A stretch of DNA of 64,000 bases from Escherichia phage HK6. Within the stretch, counting starts at the first letter, position 1. Each line of letters begins with the position of its first letter. A program made the translations under genes and the position numbers. The notes beneath the pieces are model-generated. The model had not been told where the DNA came from. It did no database searches and was given only the letters and a program-made list of their open reading frames with translations. This document shows positions 55,726 through 64,000 of this stretch, piece after piece. Where the stretch lies: the sequence record PP724615.1; one strand, written 5' to 3'.

Positions 55726-55754
55726 TTGCTAAATGCTTAAATACTTGCTATAAT
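55726..55754 (+). promoter_or_regulatory. Conserved early promoter (TTGCTA, 17 bp, TATAAT)
   Basis: Directly upstream of the second ligase ORF. Confidence 0.6.
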
Positions 55755-55784
55755 ATTTATATAAATTGATAAGGAAGAAATTTG

Positions 55785-56564
55785 ATGAAAATCGAAATTC
55801 CAACACAATGTCCCTCTTGTGGTTCTAAGCTAGATCTTGTCAACGGACAATTATTCTGTAGGAATAAGTCCAACTGTCCAGCGCAATCAAGTAAGTTAAT
55901 TGAGAACTTCTGTTCAAAAATGAAGTTAAAGGGCTTTGGCCCAAAAACTATTGAGAAGCTGGAGCTGACGAAGATTTCAGAACTATTTTACCTAACCGAA
56001 GAAGATTTGGTTAGAGCCGTGGGTAGCAAGGTTGCCGCTAAGTTAATTAGCGAATTAAATACTAAAGTTCGCGGAGGCATTGACTTTGGTTCAGTTCTCG
56101 GTTCTTTAGGAATCCCTCTAATTGGAGAGGTTGCAGCAAAGAAATTATCCCAAAATTGCACTAGCTTCCACGATGTGAAGGCTGACGGCAAGGCTGGAGA
56201 AAACTATAAAGCCTGGCTAAATTCCCCACAAGGCAAGGATGTTATCGAACTACCGTGGAAATTCTCAACTGGTATTAAGGGCACTAAAGCCGACATCATC
56301 ATTACAGATGAGTTAGTTGCCCAGCCAAATGGAATCGCGGTATGTATTACCGGATCTTTGCAAGATTTTGCAAATCGAACGGATGCAACAAACTATTTAG
56401 AGAGTCTAGGATATACGGTTAAGAAATCCGTTACCAAAGACGTCAAATACCTAATCTGTGAGGATGAATCAAAACGTTCTTCCTCATCTTATAAGAAAGC
56501 CGAAACGAATGGGATAGAAATCCTGTCGATTAAAGAACTATTGGAGAAAAATAATAATGTCTAA
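55785..56564 (+). CDS. NAD-type DNA ligase, C-terminal part (Zn finger, HhH, BRCT, 260 aa)
   Basis: Four-Cys zinc finger CPSCGSKL...CRNKSNCPAQ, HhH-like segments, BRCT-like C-terminus; ATG 8 nt after AAGGAAG. Confidence 0.75.
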   Translation: MKIEIPTQCPSCGSKLDLVNGQLFCRNKSNCPAQSSKLIENFCSKMKLKGFGPKTIEKLELTKISELFYLTEEDLVRAVGSKVAAKLISELNTKVRGGIDFGSVLGSLGIPLIGEVAAKKLSQNCTSFHDVKADGKAGENYKAWLNSPQGKDVIELPWKFSTGIKGTKADIIITDELVAQPNGIAVCITGSLQDFANRTDATNYLESLGYTVKKSVTKDVKYLICEDESKRSSSSYKKAETNGIEILSIKELLEKNNNV

Positions 56565-57324
56565 ACTGAACTGGAACGTAGAAGGTGTAACCGAGTCTCT
56601 GAAAGCAAAAGCCACTGCTCTGGGTGTTGCTGTAATCTCTCAAGAACAAGTAGCTGCTATCGCTGCTGAACTGGCTGCTGAAACTGGCAAAGATGTTACT
56701 GCTCGCTCTGTTGGCTCTAAACTGCGTAAAGAAGGTTTTGAAGTACAGAAAGCTAACGAAGTGCAGAAATCTCCGTGGACTCCTGAGCAGGAAGCTGAAC
56801 TGGTTGATTTCCTGAACGCTCATGCTGGTCAGTATACCTATGCTGAAATCGCTGCTGCTGTAGCTGGTGGTCAGTTCGGTGCTAAACAGGTACAGGGTAA
56901 GATCCTGAGTCTGGAAATGACCGCTTCTGTTAAACCAACTGAAAAAGCTGCTGCTGTTCGTTCCTTCACTCCGGATGAAGAAACTGATTTTGTTAATCAG
57001 GTTGTTGCTGGTGCTACTATTGAAGCTATCGCTGCTCACTTCGGTCGCAATATTAAGCAGATCCGTGGTAAAGCTCTGAGCCTGCTTCGTGAAGGTCGTA
57101 TTGCTGCTATGCCGGTACAGGAAACTTCAAGTGCTAAAACTCGTGAAGATCTGTTAGAAGGTCTAGATCTGGTTAACATGACTGTTGCTGAGATCGCTGA
57201 GAAAACCGGTAAGTCTGAGCGTGGTGTTAAATCTATGCTGTCTCGTCGTGGTCTGGTTGCTAAGGACTATGATGGTGCCGCTAAGCGTGCTAAACTGGAT
57301 GCAAAAGCTGCGGCTGCTGAATAA
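56557..57324 (+). CDS. Ala-rich protein with three internal HTH-like repeats (255 aa)
   Basis: Three related segments (TYAEIAAAVAGGQFGAKQVQGKILSL / TIEAIAAHFGRNIKQIRGKALSL / TVAEIAEKTGKSERGVKSMLSR); codon usage looks tuned for high expression. Confidence 0.65.
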   Translation: MSKLNWNVEGVTESLKAKATALGVAVISQEQVAAIAAELAAETGKDVTARSVGSKLRKEGFEVQKANEVQKSPWTPEQEAELVDFLNAHAGQYTYAEIAAAVAGGQFGAKQVQGKILSLEMTASVKPTEKAAAVRSFTPDEETDFVNQVVAGATIEAIAAHFGRNIKQIRGKALSLLREGRIAAMPVQETSSAKTREDLLEGLDLVNMTVAEIAEKTGKSERGVKSMLSRRGLVAKDYDGAAKRAKLDAKAAAAE

Positions 57325-57342
57325 TCTGGTAAATTAAACCTA

Positions 57343-57374
57343 AGGGGAGGGGGCTATGCTCCTTCCCCTTTTTG
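57343..57374 (+). terminator. Rho-independent terminator
   Basis: AGGGGAGGGGG..CTCCTTCCCCT hairpin followed by TTTTTGCATTT. Confidence 0.7.
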
Positions 57375-57406
57375 CATTTAGAAGGCACGAAAGCGTGCAA
57401 AGGAGA

Positions 57407-58879
57407 ATGACCTTGTTTAACGTGCAAGCTGTAGTGTTGAAGATGCTTCTCGCTTCCGAACAGAAGCAAATAGCATTGGAAACATTCTCAAAACTGCATA
57501 AAGATCATTTTAATGACGCTTTCTCCTCAATTTACCAAGCCGTCCAGAATTATTATAAAAAATATAACACAATGCCGTCCATTGACGCACTTATGCTTGA
57601 AGCTAATAGGAACGCCCGCCTTTCTCAAGCTCTAGTCGTCTTAGCTAACACTCAAATTCCAGAAGTGAGCATGGAACAGGCACTTGAAGTCCTAGAGGCC
57701 GAATATACACAGGATTTATTCCTGAAGCTTCTAGAAACAGACGTGCTTCAAGATTTAACAATGCTGGATCAGGGAGAAATTCTCAACCGAGTTGCCTCCC
57801 TTCACTTAAAATTAGAAGAGAAAGTAACGAATACTGGAAAAGTATTCAACGCAGATAACATGCGTATTTTCCAGAGAGAAGAAGATACCAAACTGAACTT
57901 AATCGCTCTTGGTATTTGTAATGAGTTCGACGCTCAAATTGGTTTAGCTCGCACAGAAACGTTACTGCTTGGTGGTTGGCGTGGTACTGGTAAATCCATT
58001 ATCTGTTCAAACATACAGGTTCAGCAATATTTGAATGGGGATATTGCTCCATACTTCTCAATTGAGATGAAAGAACATGAAGTATTTAGACGTAATCTAG
58101 CCATGTTAGCTGGTGTATCAGCATTAGCAATGCGTAATAATACTCTAGAAGGTGCAGCTCTATTAAGATTAGCCAGAACTAGAGCTAGAATGTTTAATGG
58201 TGGTGAAGAGCTTTTCGATAACTTCGTTAAACAGTACACAATGGCTAAGATGAGTGATTTCTACGATATGGAGAGTAAACTAATAGAAGGGTATGAGCTA
58301 CATACTCCTATGATTATTGTTTATGACCCTGAGCTGTCTATTACAACAGTTGACGTAGAATTAAATAAATTAGTTGCTAGATATGGAGATAAAGTTACAG
58401 TAGCTTTACTGGACTATATTAACCAAACCCGACTTCCAGATTCTAAAACCATTGATATGTATGACTGGAAAGAACAGATGGTTGTTAGCTCGTCTTTCAA
58501 ATCTATCTGCCAGAAACATAACGTGGCTGGTGTAGCTCCTTACCAGATCGATCAAGATGGTAGAACACGTATGTCAAAGGGGATTCTTGATTCCGCAGAC
58601 ATGGCTGCTAATCTTAATGCTGCAAAAGCTGATAATGGTCAAGGTGCTATTATGTTTGACTTCGTTAAGACTCGTTCTTCTGATAGCGTGAAGTTTATGC
58701 CTAAAATGAACTGGGAAACTCTGCGAATGGATAACACTACCAACCTAGCAATGGAAGATATATCTCAAATGGAAGCTGAGTTCGTTATCCCTATTGAGAA
58801 GGATAAGCCGGCTCAACCTAAACGTGCTAAGAAAGACAAAACTGAAAATTCAACAGGTGAACAGGCCAGCGATATATGA
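57407..58879 (+). CDS. DnaB/RecA-like replicative helicase candidate (490 aa)
   Basis: Walker A GGWRGTGKS; start set at the ATG after AAAGGAGA (track start 57356 lies inside the terminator hairpin). Confidence 0.65.
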   Translation: MTLFNVQAVVLKMLLASEQKQIALETFSKLHKDHFNDAFSSIYQAVQNYYKKYNTMPSIDALMLEANRNARLSQALVVLANTQIPEVSMEQALEVLEAEYTQDLFLKLLETDVLQDLTMLDQGEILNRVASLHLKLEEKVTNTGKVFNADNMRIFQREEDTKLNLIALGICNEFDAQIGLARTETLLLGGWRGTGKSIICSNIQVQQYLNGDIAPYFSIEMKEHEVFRRNLAMLAGVSALAMRNNTLEGAALLRLARTRARMFNGGEELFDNFVKQYTMAKMSDFYDMESKLIEGYELHTPMIIVYDPELSITTVDVELNKLVARYGDKVTVALLDYINQTRLPDSKTIDMYDWKEQMVVSSSFKSICQKHNVAGVAPYQIDQDGRTRMSKGILDSADMAANLNAAKADNGQGAIMFDFVKTRSSDSVKFMPKMNWETLRMDNTTNLAMEDISQMEAEFVIPIEKDKPAQPKRAKKDKTENSTGEQASDI

Positions 58880-59766
58880 GTAGAATAACAGAACTACTTG
58901 ATCTGAAAGGCATTGAATATAAAGACACAGGTGGGGACATCCTCATCTGTTGTCTCAATCCAGATCATGACGATAAACACCCAAGTTTGCGTATTGATCC
59001 TGAAACAGGTATTATGCACTGCTTGAGTTGTGGCTTCGGTAAAGGTATACCGAGCATTTACCATTATTTTAATGAGACTCAGTACAGACAGTCCCCAAGG
59101 CTATCGCAAGTACGCAAAAAGATTTCAGAGATTAGGAATGGATCAACGAATCTTGCAATTCCTGAATCTGCTTACCTTTTCGAAGGTGATTTCCGAGGTA
59201 TAAGTTCTAAGACCTTGAAGAAATATTTTGCTTTCCAACACCAAGCAGACTGGGAAGGCAGAATTGTATTCCCAATCACAGATGCTGTTGGACGCAATAT
59301 CCTATTTTTGGGTCGTTCTATAAACAGTTCTGCCCCTCCTAAATACTTAGTAAAACCAAAACAAGTTTCACCGCCGATTTTCCCTGTACGATATAATACT
59401 CCAGTGCTTATTCTAGTTGAAGGTATCTTTGATATGCTGAACCTAGAGGATAATGGTATAGACTATGCTTCTTGCTGCTTTGGTACACATCAGTTCACTT
59501 CAGATAACATTGCAGATAAGTTCAGTCCTTATATTATTGCTGGTGTAAAAGTTGTTGTTATCTTACTAGATAATGATGCTTCTGGTAATAAAGCTGCACA
59601 AGCGTTGGCCAAGCTAATTCGTACAAAAACGCGTTTAACACCTGTAGTTGCTAACTTTCTCCTACCTGAAGGCAAAGATCCAGGTGAGTTAAACAAAGAT
59701 GAAATTGATATGTTAGCAAAACGTATTGAAATTTTAGTTGCTGAATCGCTTAAAGATTTGGTATAA
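58876..59766 (+). CDS. DNA primase, zinc-binding plus Toprim (296 aa)
   Basis: Zinc-binding CC...H...C..C region and Toprim motifs LVEGIFDMLN and LLDNDASGNKAAQ. Confidence 0.8.
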   Translation: MSRITELLDLKGIEYKDTGGDILICCLNPDHDDKHPSLRIDPETGIMHCLSCGFGKGIPSIYHYFNETQYRQSPRLSQVRKKISEIRNGSTNLAIPESAYLFEGDFRGISSKTLKKYFAFQHQADWEGRIVFPITDAVGRNILFLGRSINSSAPPKYLVKPKQVSPPIFPVRYNTPVLILVEGIFDMLNLEDNGIDYASCCFGTHQFTSDNIADKFSPYIIAGVKVVVILLDNDASGNKAAQALAKLIRTKTRLTPVVANFLLPEGKDPGELNKDEIDMLAKRIEILVAESLKDLV

Positions 59767-59828
59767 TATATTGGTAAGTTAGAGAAGAAACACTGAAGTT
59801 ATACTTACTTACCAAGAGGAGATTAAAT

Positions 59829-62396
59829 TTGAAAATCGCAGTAGTTGATAAAGCTCTAAATAACACTCGTTATGATAAACATTTCCAGCTATACGGCGAG
59901 GAAGTTGATGTATTCCATATGTGTAACGAGAAGTTATCTGGTCGTTTGCTTAAAAAGCACATTACTATTGGAACACCAGAAAACCCATTTGATCCGAATG
60001 ATTATGATTTTGTTATACTAGTAGGTGCTGAACCTTTCCTGTATTTCGCAGGTAAGAAAGGCATTGGTGACTATACTGGTAAACGTGTAGAGTATAATGG
60101 ATATGCTAACTGGATTGCGAGTATCAGCCCAGCCCAGTTACACTTTAAACCTGAAATGAAACCAGTTTTTGATGCAACAGTAGAGAATATCCACGATATT
60201 ATCAATGGTCGTGAGAAGATTGCAAAAGCTGGTGATTACCGTCCTATTACTGACCCTGACGAGGCGGAAGAATATATCAAGATGGTGTATAATATGGTTA
60301 TCGGACCTGTAGCATTCGACTCCGAAACCTCAGCACTATACTGTCGAGATGGTTATCTGCTTGGTGTTTCTATGTCTCACCAAGAGTATCAGGGTGTGTA
60401 TATCGATTCTGATTGCCTCACAGAGGTTGCAGTATATTATCTCCAGAAAATTCTGGATAGTGAAAATCACACTATTGTTTTTCACAACCTGAAGTTTGAT
60501 ATGCACTTTTATAAGTACCATCTGGGACTTACTTTTGACAAAGCACATAAAGAACGCAGGCTCCATGATACCATGTTGCAGCATTATGTTCTGGATGAGC
60601 GTCGTGGTACTCATGGCTTGAAATCTCTAGCAATGAAGTATACCGATATGGGTGACTATGACTTTGAACTAGATAAGTTCAAGGAGGATTACTGCAAAGC
60701 ACATAAAATCAAGAAAGAAGATTTCACTTATGATTTAATTCCGTTTGATATTATGTGGCCTTACGCTGCAAAAGATACCGATGCCACCATACGTTTGCAC
60801 AATTTCTTCTTACCAAAAATTGAGAAGAATGAAAAACTTTGCAGTCTGTATTATGATGTTCTAATGCCTGGTTGTGTATTTCTCCAGCGTGTTGAGGATC
60901 GTGGTGTACCAATTTCTATTGATCGCTTGAAAGAAGCTCAGTATCAGTTAACTCATAATCTGAATAAAGCTCGTGAGAAGCTGTATACTTATCCAGAAGT
61001 CGTTCAGCTAGAGAAAGATCAGAACGAAGCGTTTAACCCAAACTCTGTTAAACAACTCCGTGTTCTTCTGTTTGATTATGTTGGCTTAACTCCAACAGGT
61101 AAATTGACGGATACTGGAGCAGACTCTACAGATGCAGAGGCTTTGAACGAATTGTCTACGCAGCATCCAATTGCTAAGACTCTACTAGAAATTCGTAAGC
61201 TGACTAAGCTGATCTCTACTTATGTTGAGAAGATTCTTCTGAGTATTGATGCAGATGGTTGCATTCGTACTGGCTTCCATGAACACATGACTACTTCTGG
61301 TCGTCTGAGTTCTTCTGGTAAACTGAACCTGCAACAGTTACCTCGTGATGAATCTATTATCAAGGGTTGTGTAGTAGCTCCTCCCGGGTATCGTGTAATC
61401 GCATGGGACTTAACAACTGCGGAAGTTTATTATGCTGCTGTTCTATCTGGTGATAGAAATATGCAACAGGTATTTATCAACATGAGAAATGAACCTGATA
61501 AATACCCTGACTTCCACTCTAACATCGCACACATGGTATTTAAGCTCCAATGCGAACCTCGTGATGTTAAAAAGTTGTTCCCAGCTCTGCGTCAGGCTGC
61601 TAAGGCAATTACCTTTGGTATTTTGTATGGTTCTGGCCCGGCTAAAGTAGCTCATTCTGTTAATGAAGCTCTTCTGGAACAAGCTGCTAAGACAGGCGAA
61701 CCGTTTGTAGAATGTACTGTTGCAGATGCTAAAGAGTACATTGAAACTTATTTCGGTCAGTTCCCGCAGCTTAAGCGTTGGATTGATAAGTGCCACGATC
61801 AAATCAAGAATCATGGGTTTATCTATAGTCACTTTGGGCGTAAACGTCGTCTGCATAATATCCACTCCGAAGACCGTGGTGTTCAGGGTGAAGAAATTCG
61901 TTCTGGATTTAACGCAATCATTCAGTCTGCTTCCTCTGATAGCCTCCTTTTAGGTGCTGTAGATGCAGATAATGAGATCATTTCTCTTGGCCTAGAACAA
62001 GAGATGAAGATTGTTATGCTGGTTCATGACTCCGTAGTTGCTATTGTTCGTGAGGATTTGATTGATCAATACAATGAAATCCTGATTCGTAATATCCAAA
62101 AAGACCGTGGTATCAGTATTCCTGGCTGTCCGATTGGTATTGATTCTGATTCTGAAGCTGGAGGTTCTCGTGACTACTCTTGTGGTAAGATGAAGAAGCA
62201 GCATCCATCAATCGCTTGTATTGATGATGATGAATATACTCGTTATGTCAAGGGTGTATTACTTGACGCAGAATTCGAGTATAAGAAACTAGCTGCAATG
62301 GATAAAGAGCATCCAGATCATAGCAAATACAAGGATGATAAGTTTATTGCTGTATGTAAAGATTTGGATAACGTGAGAAGGATTCTCGGTGCTTGA
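59829..62396 (+). CDS. DNA polymerase, family A with 3'-5' exonuclease (855 aa)
   Basis: Exo motifs near the N-terminal third, Pol A motifs RQAAKAITFGILYG and VHDS; TTG start after AAGAGGAG RBS; 855 aa matches T5 polymerase length. Confidence 0.9.
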   Translation: MKIAVVDKALNNTRYDKHFQLYGEEVDVFHMCNEKLSGRLLKKHITIGTPENPFDPNDYDFVILVGAEPFLYFAGKKGIGDYTGKRVEYNGYANWIASISPAQLHFKPEMKPVFDATVENIHDIINGREKIAKAGDYRPITDPDEAEEYIKMVYNMVIGPVAFDSETSALYCRDGYLLGVSMSHQEYQGVYIDSDCLTEVAVYYLQKILDSENHTIVFHNLKFDMHFYKYHLGLTFDKAHKERRLHDTMLQHYVLDERRGTHGLKSLAMKYTDMGDYDFELDKFKEDYCKAHKIKKEDFTYDLIPFDIMWPYAAKDTDATIRLHNFFLPKIEKNEKLCSLYYDVLMPGCVFLQRVEDRGVPISIDRLKEAQYQLTHNLNKAREKLYTYPEVVQLEKDQNEAFNPNSVKQLRVLLFDYVGLTPTGKLTDTGADSTDAEALNELSTQHPIAKTLLEIRKLTKLISTYVEKILLSIDADGCIRTGFHEHMTTSGRLSSSGKLNLQQLPRDESIIKGCVVAPPGYRVIAWDLTTAEVYYAAVLSGDRNMQQVFINMRNEPDKYPDFHSNIAHMVFKLQCEPRDVKKLFPALRQAAKAITFGILYGSGPAKVAHSVNEALLEQAAKTGEPFVECTVADAKEYIETYFGQFPQLKRWIDKCHDQIKNHGFIYSHFGRKRRLHNIHSEDRGVQGEEIRSGFNAIIQSASSDSLLLGAVDADNEIISLGLEQEMKIVMLVHDSVVAIVREDLIDQYNEILIRNIQKDRGISIPGCPIGIDSDSEAGGSRDYSCGKMKKQHPSIACIDDDEYTRYVKGVLLDAEFEYKKLAAMDKEHPDHSKYKDDKFIAVCKDLDNVRRILGA

Positions 62397-62886
62397 TTTC
62401 AAATTGCCCGTATATGCTTTACGGGCGTTTGTATCAATTGAGCAAGAAGGTGATTATTCCGTAATTACAACAAGGTATAATAAATACGTGCTAGATAACA
62501 GGAAGTTGCCTGGCACTTTTTCTCAACGTAGGCTTATTCTATTTGAGAAACGGAAAGAATTACCATACAAGCTCTATCCTATTAGAGGTAGAATATCAAT
62601 GTTGTCTCAATTAGTTGGGTCAAAGCGTAGCCAATTTATAGATTCTGATGGAAATCTTATTAACTGGAAGAAAACTACGTTCTATGATGTTGTCACCTCT
62701 AAAGTTTTGCATTCAGCTAGAATTTATAACGGAAAATACCAATGCTATGTAGCTAAAGTTCCATACCCATTTGTATTATCCTATGTTCCAGCTTATATAA
62801 GCTATATTCTGGTAAATAATAGCCCTGTTATTTATCAAGTCCATCAAGAGGAGCCTGAAATTCCTAGACTTAGAATAAAATTATGA
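62389..62886 (+). CDS. Hypothetical protein (165 aa)
   Basis: Overlaps the polymerase stop by 8 nt. Confidence 0.5.
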   Translation: MLDFKLPVYALRAFVSIEQEGDYSVITTRYNKYVLDNRKLPGTFSQRRLILFEKRKELPYKLYPIRGRISMLSQLVGSKRSQFIDSDGNLINWKKTTFYDVVTSKVLHSARIYNGKYQCYVAKVPYPFVLSYVPAYISYILVNNSPVIYQVHQEEPEIPRLRIKL

Positions 62887-64000
62887 AGGTTGTCATATCT
62901 AATAAAGCATATTTCAAGCCCGATGATGAACTTTGGGATTATTGTAGTAAGCAAACCACTTATCACATTGAGACAATGACTAGTAAATACCCTATTATGT
63001 ATAAGAATAGTGGTGTTGTTGCCAAAGAGATTAAGTGGATTCCTATTACGCGTCTGGACTTACTAGACGCTAAAGGAGTAAAATACGAATTAGTCGATAA
63101 ACGTACATTAGCTCCGGTAGATATACCAAAACCTAAGTTCAAACTGCGTGAAGAAGACCAGCTCCCAATATATGAAGAGTGTGATGATACCTGTATTATT
63201 AATGGTAAGCCCGGATTCGGTAAAACTATCCTAGCCCTTGCACTTGCGTATAAATTTGGCCAAAAAACTCTGGTAATATGTACGAATACATCCATTCGTG
63301 AGATGTGGGCAGCAGAAGTTCGTAAATGGTTTGGGTTTGAGCCTGGTATCATAGGTTCTGGGAAATATAACATTGATCCACCAATTGTGGTCAGTAATAT
63401 TCAAACAGTGAATAAACATGCGAATAATCTTTCTAAAGTATTCGGTACTGTTATAGTTGATGAGGTTCACCATTGTGTGGCTACAACTTTCACTAACTTC
63501 CTAGAAATATCATGTGCTCGCTATAAGATTGGGCTATCTGGAACATTAAAACGTAAAGACGGTCTACAAGTTATGTTCAAAGATTTCTTTGGATATAAGA
63601 TCTTTAGCCCACCGGTTAATAATACTGTTGCACCTACAATCCATAGATACTCCGTACCTGTTGAGTTATCAGGGAACCAAAACGTACCATGGGCATTACG
63701 TGCTAACGATGTATATAATCATCCTGAATATCGAGAGACTATTATAAATCTAGCACATCTATACGTGAATATGGGGCATAAAGTACTCATTGTAAGCGAT
63801 AGAACAGAGTTAATCCAAACAGTACTAGAAGCTCTTGCACAGCGTGGTGTTACAACATATGAAATTATAGGGGCAACCCACTTAGATGATCGATTAAAAA
63901 TTCAGGAAGATATAGCAAAAGGTGGACCTTGTGTACTTGCAGCAGCTCAAAGTATCTTCTCTGAAGGTATTTCTCTTAATGAGTTGTCCTGTTTAATAAT
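62883..64000 (+). CDS. SF2 helicase, 3'-truncated at window edge
   Basis: Not in the track because it runs off the window; ATGA overlap with the upstream stop; Walker A GKPGFGKT and DEVHH box. Confidence 0.75.
   Translation, partial: MKVVISNKAYFKPDDELWDYCSKQTTYHIETMTSKYPIMYKNSGVVAKEIKWIPITRLDLLDAKGVKYELVDKRTLAPVDIPKPKFKLREEDQLPIYEECDDTCIINGKPGFGKTILALALAYKFGQKTLVICTNTSIREMWAAEVRKWFGFEPGIIGSGKYNIDPPIVVSNIQTVNKHANNLSKVFGTVIVDEVHHCVATTFTNFLEISCARYKIGLSGTLKRKDGLQVMFKDFFGYKIFSPPVNNTVAPTIHRYSVPVELSGNQNVPWALRANDVYNHPEYRETIINLAHLYVNMGHKVLIVSDRTELIQTVLEALAQRGVTTYEIIGATHLDDRLKIQEDIAKGGPCVLAAAQSIFSEGISLNELSCLI

Noticed and set aside
57356-57406. Track start of the helicase ORF at 57356
   Set aside because: That ATG lies inside the terminator hairpin of the upstream gene; the ATG at 57407 has an AAAGGAGA RBS.

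Overview
This window reads as the early region of a T5-like siphovirus (Tequintavirus-type), judged from protein motifs and gene order read by eye; no database search was run. It opens with about 1.1 kb of dense non-coding repeats (ten copies of a TGTGCAAATCCGACA box, four CTAAAAACT..GCAAT boxes, tandem 15-mers, TAAATGAGAAT repeats, a perfect 24-bp palindrome, one DnaA-box match), which resembles the terminal-repeat / injection-stop boundary of T5-type genomes. From 1.4 to 42.8 kb almost all genes are on the minus strand: many small early ORFs each behind a copy of a conserved promoter module, two metallophosphatases, thioredoxin-like protein, a holin-endolysin pair, ClpP-like protease, dNMP kinase, a GrcA-like glycyl-radical protein, a cluster of about 26 tRNA genes (17.2-30.1 kb) with an HNH endonuclease, SPFH protein, SleB-like hydrolase, DEDD exonuclease, NADAR/YbiA-like protein, RNase H, thymidylate synthase, DHFR, NrdB, NrdA and PhoH. 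After a strand switch near 43 kb the plus strand carries NrdD, a Sir2-like protein, HAD phosphatase, a large SF2 ATPase (putative origin-binding protein) behind a 600-bp leader, a split NAD-type ligase, a DnaB/RecA-like helicase, primase, an 855-aa family A DNA polymerase and a truncated helicase. The most unusual element is a plus-strand three-gene operon (26726-28360) embedded in the minus-strand tRNA region, encoding Gly/Gln-rich low-complexity and Cys-doublet proteins, with its own sigma70-like promoter and terminators. tRNA isotypes and all coordinates were derived by hand and need tRNAscan-SE/ARAGORN confirmation.
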